DNA of 64,000 bases from Yuukianura sp. NJ FZ-2021. Taxonomy: Eukaryota. Shown here piece after piece: positions 48,501 through 64,000 of the stretch (its first letter is position 1; every line of letters starts with the position of its first letter). The translations under genes and the position numbers were made by a program. The stretch lies in NCBI GenBank assembly GCA_046563655.1, contig CM102286.1, positions 11,098,001 to 11,162,000 of the forward strand, read 5' to 3'. The notes beneath the pieces are model-generated. The model was not told the DNA's origin and did no database searches. It worked only from the letters and a program-made list of their open reading frames with translations.

Positions 48501-49201
48501 GATTTACATCACGAAAACTTTTTAACCAAATAAACTACAGGAACTAAGAATTCAGGAATTAGAAAATTACGAATCAGGGAGTTCAGACAGAATTTGGTTC
48601 ACGGCAATGGCAATGCGTCAATGTTCGTCTGGATTGTAATATTTGTAATTGTAAATTACAACTGGAATTACAATTTGCAATTGCAATAGTGATACACTTC
48701 TGCGGACTAATGGACAAGTGCCTTGTACTGTACTGCTACTTTTGAGTAATACTATGTGAATACCAGTAATAATAACAGTTTCGACGTTTGTTTCTGAAAC
48801 TGGAACAAATCGATAAGCGTTAAGCACAGTTCAGAAAACGATATCGTGCTCAATTTTAGGTGAATCCTCGACTTTGGGTGAATTGTTTACTAAAAGTGAA
48901 AAATTTCACACTTTGGTAAGTAGCGTTGGCGCTATTTTCGAATCAACTGCCAATTTTTGTTGGCGGATTTTAGAGAAACTGGTTAGGCTCTTAGGTTATA
49001 AGATTTATCAACTGGTATTAAGTTTTTTTTATAACATTCTTATAATTTGGTTAATAGACATACCTCAACACCGTGGATTCCGCCAGCCAGAAAAATTATT
49101 CCCAGTGAAAGCAAGCAAACAATACTGATAGGAATGGCGGAGAAACGCCAACTTTCTTGAGAGCCAGCATGTCGTAACTTCTGGTGTCCGACGTGGCCCA
49201 T
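45587..49201 (-). CDS. Secreted C-type lectin-domain protein with long S/T/E-rich disordered tail; exons ~49201-49064, 48429-48182, 47385-47225, 46782-45587
   Basis: Hydrophobic N-terminus (IVCLLSLGIIFLAGG); LSHDKAKAFCKKREGQLA; VWVG; C...C..QFAFICE. Introns are phase-compatible. Confidence 0.75.
48008..48164. mobile_element. MITE in lectin intron, same family as 31194-31407
   Basis: TAGACGGAACCCGTGATGTTTACACATCACG and its inverted copy. Confidence 0.8.
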
Positions 49202-50608
49202 TGTTGATAATGATCTAAGCACACCTACAGTAACAACTAAATTGGTATGCTAGAGACTACGAATCGCTGCGGCGCTTGTCCTCTCTTGTCCCAGCACTCA
49301 CGATCACAAACGAAATGGTCTATCACTTCTCGTTCCAGGTTGTTAGAAAAGAATGGTTTTGGCCTAGTCTCATTAGAATTTCACCGTAGAAAGTTCTGGC
49401 AGCTTTTGAACATGCTACCAAACATGCAACAAATTTTACTTCAACTATCCATTTCTTCCGATTGTTGAATAAAACAAAAGTCCTCTCGGAGTTTTAGTCG
49501 ATTTATATATTAAACATCCTAAAATATAAGTATGATACGTAGCCATAGCCATTCCAATAATTTCTCAACAGCGATTTTGTACTACTACCATGTTTAGCCA
49601 TATCCTTTAGCTGCTGCTGTACTTTCGTAGCGCAGCGCAACAGTTTTCGCAGAAATGTAGCACAAACGCGGCAACGCAAAAATGTTAACACGACTAATAG
49701 CAAACATTTATATAAAATACGTCAAACGAAAATAAGCTTTGAAGGGTGACAATTCGCATGACATTTACACTTGAAGGGTCAACAGTTCCTGTGTTAAACC
49801 ATTAACGTAAATCTACGCTCTTAAAATCTCCGTGAAGCGTCATACACTGTGAATCTACGGGTAGGTTGCGGCATCAACCGGGGAATTGGTTGAACTAAAA
49901 TACCACTTCCTGCAGTTATCTTTCCTTTCACATTCGCTGCTGTCTCTTCTCTCGTCATGCGAAAACAATAAAAAATGCAATTTGTCCCATGGTAAAGCGC
50001 TGGCGCTTCCATAATCCATATCCATACAGGCATCATTTTCTAAGTTCTAGTACCAGCTCCCAGCCTTGCCAATTCCAAACTTAACTGTACTTACTGCACA
50101 GCATCAAAGAGGGTTTAAATTTGCACCCAGCCCAACAACAGAGAAGGAAAACCAGACAAGGACATCGCAGGCATCAGAGACAGAGCCACAAAACAGAATT
50201 TAAGAAGCACGCCAGTCAGTGTGACAGTCAGAAGCAGAGACATCCCAATTCTGTACTTTAGTACTTTGTACTCTAGCAAGGTCGCTCGCTTAAACAGGTA
50301 AAACCATCGGTTTTTTACGATTTACTTTTATTGTAGATGTAGTAATTCAGTACCGTGAAGGTCAAGGGCAAACCAATCTCTGTAACCTGGAAATTGAGCA
50401 TTTGCCATTGAAGTCCTTAACATTAAGTATTTATTGATACTCCTGGTGACTTGAATTAGTCAAAGTTAACAATTTACGCTGTCAATGGGGGAGGATAATG
50501 TTGATTATTGTTATTGAATTGAATTAGATGACAGTTTGTAGATAAGTTACATTCAGTAAATTAATTATGAATTTATGATTATGACTTTATTTAGAATCGC
50601 CGCTCAAA

Positions 50609-53004
<2,396 letters not shown>

Positions 53005-53442
53005 CTCGTTTCGAATGAAGACAATGGAGAAACCGAGGAAACTTGAATGTGTTCTCCATTTTTGTTGCGGATTAAATAATTTAATTGAGTTGAGTATGCA
53101 TTTAAACGAAAGAACTATATTACTCTCTTCTGCACACAAACATATTCGAAATACTAATAAATACGGGATTTCTCTATGATTCGATGAAAAGATTTTTTCA
53201 CTGGAAGTCAATGCAGGAGACATTATTGGTGACGGTGGCCACGAAATGTAGTATGTAGCTCTTCAACTTGTTGAAACTAGAAGATCAATCGAACCGGACG
53301 GTCTAGATAGCTTTTAATTTTATTTTATAGGTATTAGATTTGCGTAGACATCTTGACGTTTGCAAAAGTACTAAGCTTTATAACCCATATATCTTTTGGC
53401 AGGTAATATGCTGATTTTAAAATCAACTTTCAAGTAGATGCG

Positions 53443-54055
53443 CTATGCGCTGCTTTCAGGAAAGAATTTCTTCTGCAAGAATTCTTCACACGTCGCGTAA
53501 GATTGCTGCATGTCTTTCTTATCCGTCATTTGCATAACCGTGGAAAGTTTGCACCACTGGTAATTCTCGTGTTCGTTTGAAAGCGTAATACGAACGTTAG
53601 GATCTTTGACTTTTCCCGCCCAGTAAGTGACCCTCTTCGGTTTGTTATTCACAGGATACTTTGATTGAAATGAGAAGAATGGGCCTTTTAAAACAAAGTT
53701 TTCTATATGGGTTTAAAAGCTTTAGCAGTTTACCCGCAACACATATTGGAACCCTTCGATAATGTCGTAATCTTCCGAACGAAGCCCACACTCCTCCTCA
53801 GTTTCACGTTTGGCTGTTATTAATTCATCAGTTTCCCCAGGGTCAACGTGTCCTGAGTACAACCAAACAATGATTAACATTAAAAATACTTGGTTTTGCC
53901 AGAGAATTGATTTTTTTTTAAGTGAAACCTTTCGGAGCCGTCCAGTGATGTTCGAGGTAAGATGCTTGCAAGAGCAGATATTCAATTTTTCTATTGATGA
54001 TTCTAAAAATCATAATTCCAGCGGCTCTGACCTCTGTTAGCGCAGTTGAAGCCAT
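53443..54055 (-). CDS. NUDT2: Bis(5'-nucleosyl)-tetraphosphatase (asymmetric Ap4A hydrolase), 3 exons
   Basis: RAAGIMIFR..IEYLLLQASY..HWTAPKG|HVDPGE..TAKRETEEECG (Nudix box); KPKRVTYW..LSNEH. Confidence 0.93.
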
Positions 54056-54152
54056 GACTGTTCGGATACAAACAAACGTTGACCACTGCTACTGCTACTC
54101 TGAAGCTGAGGAAAAAGAGCAGTCATCAAAATGTGACAACATGTGCCTAAAC

Positions 54153-54837
54153 GGTTGAGGTAAACTTTAACGGAACTCATTGTAGCCGCACAGTGTAGCC
54201 GCCGGCGGCCATCTTGAGTGGCTACAATGGGTGGCTACGCTTGAGCGGCAACATTTGTAGCCGCCCGTGGAGAATTTTGCCTTGTAGCCACCATATTGTA
54301 GCCGCACATGCTAAATAATACTGGCAACACTGTTTAAGAATTTAAGATGACATAACCTATAGACGCAATTAGTACTGAGAACTTTAAACAGCCTAACCTA
54401 CAGACGAAATCAGTATTGCGAACTTTAAAAACCTAACTCCGCGCCTTCGGCGCGGGAAAATATAACAGGATTAGAATTTACTGAATCAAAAAGTAAATGT
54501 TGCCAATCTAATTAATGTTTTTTGCTGCATCATTCAGAGAATTCACTTTTATTTTTCCGCGCCGAAGGCGCGGCGTTATGTTAGGTTAGTACTTGACAAT
54601 AGCGATAGATTCGAGGTTTTCGTTTAGATTATTGTATCTCGAGACCAAATTCTAAAACATTGTTGCCAGCATTATTTAGCATATGCGGCTACAATTGGGT
54701 GGCGACAAGGGAGATTTTCTCACAAGCGGCTACAAATGTTGCCGCTCAAGCGTAGCCACCCATTGTAGCCACTCAAGATGGCCGCCGGCGGCTACACAGT
54801 GCGGCTACAATGAGTTCCGTTAAAGTTTACCTCAACC
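54153..54837. mobile_element. Long-TIR non-autonomous DNA transposon with 8-bp TSD (Merlin/MULE-like)
   Basis: GGTTGAGGTAAACTTTAACGG... arms of ~180 bp, flanked by GCCTAAAC at 54145-54152 and 54838-54845. Confidence 0.9.
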
Positions 54838-55056
54838 GCCTAAACTCTAGTTGACGAAAACAATAATTAGGTTAACTTATTCCAAGTTGCCGAATTAACA
54901 GTCTCATGCAAACGCTACCATTTACGCCTCGCAACGCGGACCGTACGTACGGTCTGAGGTATTACGGCTGGCGCGCGTGAAATGCAAGAGCTGAATCTGT
55001 TATCCGTGTTTTGGGTTCCCCTCTTGTTATGTTGGTGCATGAAACCGAAACCTTTA

Positions 55057-55785
55057 AGCCTCTTTCACACCGGATACGTCGTAACAACTGCCGACGGCAG
55101 TTGTGACGGCGTATCCATTCACACCAAACCAACTCACCGCCGGTGAGTTGGACGACGGAAGAGAAAGTTGACGGCGGAAGACGGGTGAGGTGTTCACATT
55201 GCCTCACGGCTGCCGCCGTCACATTTTACGCCGTCAACTCTTCCTACAGGAGGAGATGGGACCCCCAAAAGTTGAAAAGTTTCAACTTTTGGACCAACTC
55301 CGGACGGACAGTTCCCATCTCATCCCAGCTGATCATCCTTCCCTCCTTCTTTCTACGTAATCAGCAGTACCGAAGTAGGAAAAACAAAAGTATAACATTG
55401 TTTAAGTGTTAATTAATAGCTAATTGTGCTAATTAGCTATTAATTTGTGTTAATACATCACCCTATAGGGAAATACGTTGGCTACTCCTCCCAAAGCATG
55501 GTAATAGAGCAATTACACATGAATACTTGTAATCATTTGGTTGTTTTCAATTCATTTACTTCATTTGTCTTCCCATATGAAACTGAAAGGCGCCTTTCAA
55601 GAATTGTGACCAAATGAAGCTGTATCACACCGAGACCGGCGTATAACTTTCCGTAGAAAAAATTTACGGCGTAAAAAGAACCGGTGGTGCAGTGTGAAAC
55701 CCTTCAACAACTATCTACGGCAGTTTGTTACGCCGCAACAACTGCCGACGGCAGTTGTTGCGGCGTATCCAGTGTGAAAGAGGCT
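55057..55785. mobile_element. PIF/Harbinger-type non-autonomous element
   Basis: TIR AGCCTCTTTCACAC / GTGTGAAAGAGGCT with TTA TSD. Confidence 0.88.
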
Positions 55786-56317
55786 TTATCATCATCCGTT
55801 TTGTAATTCTATTCTCTCTCTGGGTAGAAACCTAACGATAAAGTTACTGATTAAATTGAAATTGCTGACACCTTAGCACAAAATTAATTACAACTCATTT
55901 CCTGCTTTGTTGTTGGAACTTTGACGAACCCACTATTACAAGGTTCTGCTCACACGGACTTCTACTTGCCCACTTAATCAGGTCAGACGAGTTATAAAAA
56001 TCAAAATCCAGCAAAATGGAAGGAATAACTAAATTACTAAATAGTAGTAATATTGCTTTGTTTTACATCATACGCTGAAGTTCGGCAGTTGAGCATGGTA
56101 GTCCTAAATCACGTGTTTTACGACAGCGTATTACCGAGCTTTTTGGGGTAGTTTTTACCGAAACAGCGACTAGCAAGGCATGACAGACTATCCATTTTGA
56201 TGTTTTATTTGTACAGCGCAGCGGATCTCATGTGTAGTGTATTGCAAACACTTTCCTAAACTTTCATGTTCTGATTCTGTTTTTGGTCCTAGTCTCCCGT
56301 CGACACCAAAAAGGACG

Positions 56318-59300
56318 ATGTTTTACGGTGGTGGCGGTACTAGCCGAGGAGGAGAACGCGATCGAGAACGAGATGGCCCGAGAGGTCGTCTTGAGCGGTT
56401 CGATCAGATGTCGAAACAACAGCAGTTGATAGAACAAAAGAAGCGTGAGATTGAGGTCAAATTACAGGCCGAGCGTCATAAGAAGGCGATGGAAGCGATA
56501 CTCGGAAACCAAGACGTTTCAACCGGTAAGAAGAATTCAACATAGTTTATTAATGACTGTACAGTGAGGTTCGCTTGTTAGGATAGGCGAATTTACATTT
56601 ACACTAGACGTAAGTTTCAAGTTCGAAACCCACTGTACAGTTCATTTGATTTGGGGATGGATAGGTAAAGCAACCTAGAGTAAAATCCTAACTGAATCCC
56701 ATATAATTTTTCGAATGATTGATGTACCGAAAATTGAGTAGTTTTGAATCTAGCCGCAGGTGCTGTGAACTCTTCAGCCAAATCGGGTCAAGCGATTGCA
56801 GCGAATAAAAGGTGTCAGATGATGTCTCAGACGTTGTAAAATTACTCATGTTTTGGTCTTGCGGATACAAGTTCACAGCTTTTATTGAGAACATTCTACA
56901 ACTACTACTATTATACATCTACTTTCTACATCTCTCCGGCCCTATCATGAAACGAACACGAATTATTATTATATTTGTTTGAGACATGCCTATAATCATT
57001 TGTTTGTGTTGCTAGTCCTGCTGTCAAATCAGAACCCAAGAAAACAGCCGGTGATGTGAAGCCGACGTCGAGCCTTGTATTTGCAAACGATGGTAGTTTT
57101 CTCGAACAATTCAAGAAGATGCAGGAACAGAGTAACGTTTTCACCATAACATACGATTTGCCAAATCAAAACTGATGCTTCAGTGGGGTTACTCTTAACT
57201 TTATTTGTTTCCAGAACTCAAGGAGGAGAATGAGGCCAAAATGAACAGCAAAATCAAAGACGAACCCGAGGAATTTAACGAATATGGAATGCCAATGTCA
57301 TCCACTAAGAAACCACTAATAAAAATCATGAATGTAGCGCAACAGCAGCCTCGAAAATCTTTGACCCCGCCTGCTCCTGCGCCAACAGTTCCAAAAACCG
57401 AATCGAAAATTAATTCGGCAGCTTTCAGGAACAATGTTCCTCCACCAAATACCTATGGGGCACCGCCACCACCGCCTCCACCACCACCCCCTCCTCCGAG
57501 ACAAACTGCATCGCATCTTAAACTGGAGGATAACATTACTTCTTCAGTAGCCGCTTATCCTATTCATCAATTCGCAGGGAGTTACAATAACGCTCCTCCG
57601 CCTCCTCCTCCTCCCCCACCTCTACCTATGTATCCTCATCTTCAGCGGCAAACGCCGGCGGGCTTTCCGTCACAAATTGTGAAGAACTTTGCAGCAAATG
57701 TAGCGGAAAAAGGCGACCAACATGAAGACTCTGCTAGATTATCAAACAACCCTTTATTGTGGTAAAATGCATTACGTTATGTTTTTGTGCAAATGAGATG
57801 TAAACAAAATGAGATGTTAATTCTAATTTGTATTTCTGGAACTAGGTTTTTGAATCGTCCTGACTCTGAGGAGTACAGGGTGTACAGAGATTTGGTTGCG
57901 AATCTCAGGACCGAGAAGTTCAGTACATTTGAACAGGATTCCGGTGCACCAGGAATCGGCACACACAACCTCTACAATCAACCCAAATCATTTTCGAATC
58001 CCAACTTCGAATCGTCGGTTGCATCTATTACTAACAGTACTACCAAAGTAAAACGAGAAGTTGAAGAAGATGAATTTCACAACAGCAGTAAGAAAAGGAG
58101 AAGTCGTTGGGGTCCTCAAGACGATAACATCCCACCACCAGCCGTAGCTCCAGTGAACATCATTCAAGGCGTGAACCCCACAATGGTAGCAACAGGATTT
58201 CCGGACACGAGCGCGCCGTTGGGCGCAGTATCATTACCATCGCGTAAGATTCGATAGAATTCTTTTCAATTCAATTGTTTAAAGACTGTCATTAGTAATT
58301 TATTTGGGATAGAATTTGCACCGAATTCACCATGGTCTGGGCAAACGCAATTTGAAAAAGCCAAGATTGATCCACCGATTGCTCTTCAAAACATTCCTGG
58401 GATTACTGCAGCGGATTGGCAAGGACCTGCGCCGATGCTTACAGCAGCGACTAGGACAAATCCGCAGTTACTGGACTACGCACGGCAGTCGTATGGGACT
58501 ACCCAACTGGATGAAGACCAATGGAAGCAGTGCGAGGAAGCCTACAAAATGAATTTGCTGTTTCAAGACATAGCTCGCAAGAAGGCAAAAGACGAGAAAG
58601 CCAATCAACTTGGAAAGTTCAAGTAAATGCTCGCTTGCCTGATTTGTAGCAGCTGAACTTGTACTTTAAAAGATAACGAACTTTGTCCAGTATTACTATA
58701 GCCAGACGCTGTTTTCTACAGGTACGAATATGACAGTGATGAAGAGATTGATGAAAAAGGAACTTGGGAACACAAGAAACGATTAGAGGAAATGGAAAAA
58801 ACAAGGCAATGGGCTAATGAATTGACGTCTTCCGCCAAAGGGAAGCATCACATTGGAGATTTCCTACCTCCAGAAGAATTGGAAAAGTTTATGAACAAGG
58901 TTAGTACGACATTTTCATGTTATTTGCAAATGTCAATAAGATTTTAATTCCTTTCTAAACTGATATCCTACTTATAATTCAGTACAAGGCAGTAAAGGAG
59001 GGACAACAGATGACTCAAAGTGCCTACGAGGATTTCAAAATAGCACAGGACAATGTTGGCTTCAAATTACTTCAAAAAATGGGATGGGTTGATGGTCAAG
59101 GCTTAGGAGCCACTTCGCAAGGGATAACAGCGCCAATAGACAAGTGAGGAAAATAAGCAGTTTTTGTTCGAATATTCTAAAGAGGATTCTTATTGTACAG
59201 TTAAAACAAATCTGTGATCTTATTTTGTAACCTTAGAGGAACAACGGGATCCGAGAAACACGGATTGGGATTAGAACAACCGAATGAGATGAGGGAAGAT

Positions 59301-59393
59301 GACGATGAATACTCGGCGTATCGGAAGCGTATGATGCTAGCTTACAGATTTCGTCCCAATCCACTCAACAATCCTCGAAGGGCATACTACTGA
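56318..59393 (+). CDS. SUGP1: SURP and G-patch domain splicing factor (multi-exon)
   Basis: [50 protein letters not shown]-patch [18 protein letters not shown]-terminal [16 protein letters not shown]. Confidence 0.93.
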
Positions 59394-60748
59394 AAAAAAA
59401 ACTGAAGTTTCGATATTACCAGTGTAGCAACCCGGGGAATTACAAATTTAACGTTGATTTGTAAGGTGGGTATCTTTAAAACGAGTAGACTTGTTCCGAG
59501 GTAATTTACTAGCTTAGAAATTAGTAAGGTAAAGATTTTTCCTTCTAAAAGTTTGCTTCAAATTTTTATTATATTTCAAATTTAATTTAATGCTTTAACT
59601 TTAGATTCGGTTCTGCATGTATTGGACTTTTCTCTTTGTAAAGTCAATAAAATTAAAATTATTCAGCAAACGGGTAATTCAGGGCAGGCGAAGGCGATTG
59701 CTTGAAAGGGAAATCGTGTTTTCTTCTTTCTTTTTTTCTCCAGAACTCACTTTCTGTATTGCTGGTTACCCTGAATTTTTAAATTACAAAAAAAAACGTT
59801 TTTGAAATTCGAGTTGAAGGTTAATTTTGAAATTCGAGTTGAAAAGAATGGGTTAAATTAGAATACTTAATAAGAGTCACCCAAACTCAATTTTCACGGA
59901 CAACCCCATCAAAAATTAATGTGCACAAAAAAAATTTTTTTTGGTGTATGAAGATTACTCTAACTAAATTGATATTTAGGATGAATGTAAAAATACATTT
60001 ACATTTAGGATATAAAAACGTTTTGACATACCATGTTTTCAACATCACAACAATTGTAATAAATAATGTTTAATTGTTAACTAGTTATTAAGAAAACGTG
60101 TTTTATAGCATGACGAAGTGTGCAGAGTTTTAGGAAAAAAATGTAGGACATAGGAGTGGAAGAGCTAAAAGAGGTTTCCTATAGGTTTCCAGCAAATTGC
60201 ACCTTCCAAAATTTTGAAAATGAAATGCAGTGACTCAAAATGCATATACAACACGCTTGTGTAAAATCATATGTGAATAAGGAATCCAAACTTAAAATCA
60301 TAATTTCAGAAAAGCCTCGACGACGCTGTTCCAGGACGAAGAAAAATTGTTAAAGTTTGAAATTTGCTTGTACAGTGACGGCGTCATTCGTCATGCATCA
60401 CTCAAGTTGCCTGTTACATACACGCTGGACTGCAAAATTAACAAAACGAGTTTTTGCATTTGCAAGTTTTCCTTGTTTCAGTTCCTTGCAGTCGCCGTTT
60501 CTGTTTTTGTATCACTCTGCCTCCAAATCGATAGTTCATCCCGTTTGTCAGGAAACAACGGTAACCCAGTGTTTTTCTGCTCCAAAAAAATTTAACCGAA
60601 GAACCAGAAATTCGGATCGAATCGACCTTGCGTTAATCAACTTTAATCAACAAGGTAATACATTTTCGGTTTTTTTCAGCCTATTCACTTCAAAGCAATT
60701 TACGTCATGTTAATCACGTTTTCTTAAAACTTTTTAGATTGTCCAAGT

Positions 60749-61823
60749 ATGTCAGACAAGAAAGGTGGAATTTCGAACTGGGCCAATGAAAATGGAGAGT
60801 TCGTTCAAAAAGTTTCGCAGTTTCGGAACAAAATTTCCGCGAACGGTCCTTTCCCACCAGAATCCGGTCGTTACCACCTCTACATTAGCCTTGCTTGTCC
60901 ATGGGCTCACCGAACTTTGATAGCTCGACAACTGAAAGGACTCGAAGAGGTCATAACCCTATCTGTCGTGCATTATCTTATGGGAGAAAACGGATGGGAA
61001 TTTCGATCAGCTGATGAAGTTCCAGGATGTATTCCTGACAGCGTCACGAACGCCAAATTTCTCAGAGAAATCTACCTTCAATGTGAGGTTAGAAATGCAT
61101 CAAACTATTCTTTGTTTGGAATTTTTTAATGTATTTTTTAAATAGCCAAAGTATGACGGACACTTTACCGTTCCAGTTCTCTACGATAAGAAAACAAAGC
61201 AAATTGTAAACAACGAAAGTGCAGAAATTCTGCTAATGTTCAATTCTGAATTCAATGCTTTTGCCAAGAAACCAAAACTGGATCTGTACCCGATCTCACT
61301 TCGTTCAAGAATTGACGAACTGAATGAAATCGTCTACAATGGAATTAACAATGGCGTTTACCGCGCCGGATTAGCCACTGCGCAGGGTGCTTATGAGGAC
61401 GCCGCAAAGTTAGTTCATCGAACACTGTTGGACATGGACAAAATTTTGGGTGAAAACGAATTCATTTGCGGCGGCGTCCTGACCGAAACGGACATTCGAC
61501 TTTTTACGTCCGTCATCCGATACGACACAGTGTACTATGGTAAACTTTTAGCGTTTATGGTAGTCTTAATTTTATGGTAGTCTAATATTGTAAGTCTTCT
61601 ATAACACTAATTTTGTGATGCAACCTGTGTAGGACACTTCAAATGTAACCTAACCTCCGTCCGCGAACTTCCGAACATCAATCGATGGATGTTTTCCATT
61701 TTAAAGCTTCCCGGGGTCAAGGACACTGTCAACATGGAACATATCAAGAAGCACTACTACATGTACAAAGAGATAAATCCTACTGGGATTATCCCATTGT
61801 ACAATGGCCCTATGGAAGATTAA
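60749..61823 (+). CDS. Glutathionyl-hydroquinone reductase (Xi-class GST, YqjG/ECM4-like), copy 1, 3 exons
   Basis: GRYHLYISLACPWAHRT, TVPVLYDKK, VNNESAEI, INNGVYRAG, HFKCN, HIKKHYY, NPTGI. Confidence 0.9.
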
Positions 61824-62657
61824 GTTCAATTGGATTGCTAATTATGAATAATTGGTTTTCTGCGGATTGGGTGATAATAAGCCGAACAAATTTTCTTTGA
61901 AAGGCTTAAACCGATCTGCACCTATGTTGTCTCAAGATTCTTGATGTTTTTACCTTTGTCATTGTATTTTCAACGATTTGGTCATTTTTTGGATTTTTAA
62001 CCCTGTCTTGATTGTTAGTAAAAATTCTGGATGGATTTTTACTTTAGTTTTGGTTTATTCAAGTAAAATGGGCAGTGTCAATCAAAAGAGAAATACAGAC
62101 TGTGGTGCAAAATGGATTTTAAAATGCATCATGCAAAATTTCGAAAAAGTAGTGAAAGGACTAAAAGTGTCTAGACAACTCACTTTTAGGTAAAACAGTA
62201 CGTGAATAAAAAGAAATCACTAAGAATTTGACATACCGCAACAAAGGGACAAAAAAAATAATTTTTTTAAAAGTTCACTTGAGATTTGCTTGTCCAGTGA
62301 CGGCGGCGGCGGTATGCATCTTTCAAGTTGCTTATTGTCACTTCCAAACTGGACTGGAAGATTAATAGGACGAGTTTTTGCATTTACAGGTTTTCCTTGT
62401 TTCAGTTCCTGGCAATCGCCGTTTATGTTTTTGTCTCCGTCTGCCTCCAAATCGATAGTCTACCTCACTCGTCAAAAATCAATCGTAACCCTGTATTTTT
62501 CTACTCCAAGATTTTACCGAAGCACCAGAAATACAGATCGAATCAGCGTTGCTTACCAACAAGGTTATACCTACATTTCATTTGTTCACTTTACTTAAAA
62601 TCAAAATTTTCTATCATTTCAATCACGTTTTCTCAAAACGTTATAGATTATCGAAGT

Positions 62658-63720
62658 ATGTCAGAAAAGAAAAGTGGAATTTTGAACTGGGCCAATGAAA
62701 ATGGAGAGTTCGTTCGAAAAGTTTCGCAGTTTCGGAACAAAATTTCGGCGGACGGTCCTTTCCCACCAGAATCCGGTCGTTACCACCTCTACATCAGTCT
62801 TGCTTGTCCATGGGCTCACCGAACGTTGATGGTTCGACAACTGAAAGGACTCGAAGAGGTCATAACTCTATCTGTCGTGCATTACCTTATGGGGGAAAAC
62901 GGATGGGAATTTCGATCAGCTGATGAAGTTCCAGGATGTATTCCGGACAACGTCACGAACGCCAAATTTCTAAGAGAGATCTACTTTCAAAGTGAGGTTG
63001 GAAATGCATCAAACTATTCTTTGTTTGGAATTTTTTTAATGTATTTTTTAAATAGCCAAACTATGACGGACGCTTTACCGTTCCGGTTCTCTACGATAAG
63101 AAAACAAAGCAAATTGTAAACAACGAAAGTGCAGAAATTCTGCGAATGTTCAATTCTGAATTCAATGCGTTTGCCAAGAAACCAAAACTGGATCTGTACC
63201 CGACCTCACTTCGTCAAAGAATTGACGAACTCAATGAAATCATCTACAAAGGAATTAACAATGGCGTCTATCGCGCAGGATTCGCGACTGCGCAAGGTGC
63301 TTATGAAGATGCAGCAAAGTTGGTCCATCAAACACTCTTGGACACGGATAAAAGTTTGGGTGAAAATGAATTCATTTGCGGCGGTGTCCTGACCGAAACG
63401 GATATTCGACTTTTTACGTCCATCATTCGTTACGATGCCGTGTATTACGGTAAGTTTTTGCGTTTTACGTATAGCAGTTTTTAATATTGTTAATTTAGAA
63501 CACTAATTCTGTGATGTAACATTCAGGACACTTCAAATGTAACCTAACCTCCGTCCGCGAACTTCCGAATATCACTCGGTGGATGTTTGCCATTTTAAAG
63601 CTTCCCGGAATCAAGGATACTGTCAACATGGAACATATCAAGAAGCACTACTACATGTCTCATAAAAATATAAATCCTACGGGAATTGTCCCATTGTACA
63701 ATGGCCCTATCGATAATTAA
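62658..63720 (+). CDS. Glutathionyl-hydroquinone reductase (Xi-class GST), copy 2, 3 exons
   Basis: Tandem duplicate with the same motifs and intron positions; retains GRFTVP, EILRM and YYMSH. Confidence 0.92.
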
Positions 63721-64000
63721 ATTTAATCGGATTGTTAATTGTTTTTTGGCTTTGTGTATTAGTATTGTTCATCGCGGCAAATTCAAAGCCTAATAATAGC
63801 TCTCCAAAAATGTGTTTTAAAATTCCCGATTGCGTTCGTTTTTGCGTCATGCGTGCCACCTATGCCTGAAATAAACGTTTGAAAGGAGTTAGCGTCATGT
63901 TTCTTTACCGCTTGCATTGTGCAAGTGCAACTAGCAGTTAACCAAGGAATTTTTCGTGGTTTAGATTCACAGAACAATGACAATAATAATTTTTGAAATC

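Noticed and set aside
62328..62657. N-terminal TM extension of GST copy 2
   Set aside because: The paralogous region in copy 1 is not open in the same frame; it is likely 5' UTR or intron.

Overview
Eukaryotic, AT-rich, intron-containing arthropod DNA. A basal hexapod such as a springtail is my inference, from TTAGG fragments, short introns, divergent ionotropic-receptor-like genes and Xi-class GSTs. Bases 1-6.9 kb are the end of a large mobile element carrying a C2H2 zinc-finger ORF and a spliced, Polinton/adintovirus-type protein-primed DNA polymerase B whose proofreading motifs are degenerate. The element abuts a 5'-truncated, decaying Sidekick copy (6.9-12.1 kb). Bases 12-37 kb are a tandem segmental-duplication array: two broken ionotropic-receptor-like genes and four paralogs of a secreted signal peptide-RDKR-coiled-coil protein whose C-terminal heads alternate between beta/gamma-crystallin-like and DUF5648-like. 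The array also holds MITEs and a foldback element. Bases 37.6-42 kb are a CRE-clade non-LTR retrotransposon with an RFX-like winged-helix domain, nested in the TIR of a non-autonomous DNA transposon. Bases 44-64 kb are an ordinary gene-dense block: DNAJC19/Tim14, a C-type lectin, REEP5/6, NUDT2, SUGP1 and two tandem glutathionyl-hydroquinone reductases. All family assignments come from motif recognition by eye; no searches were run.
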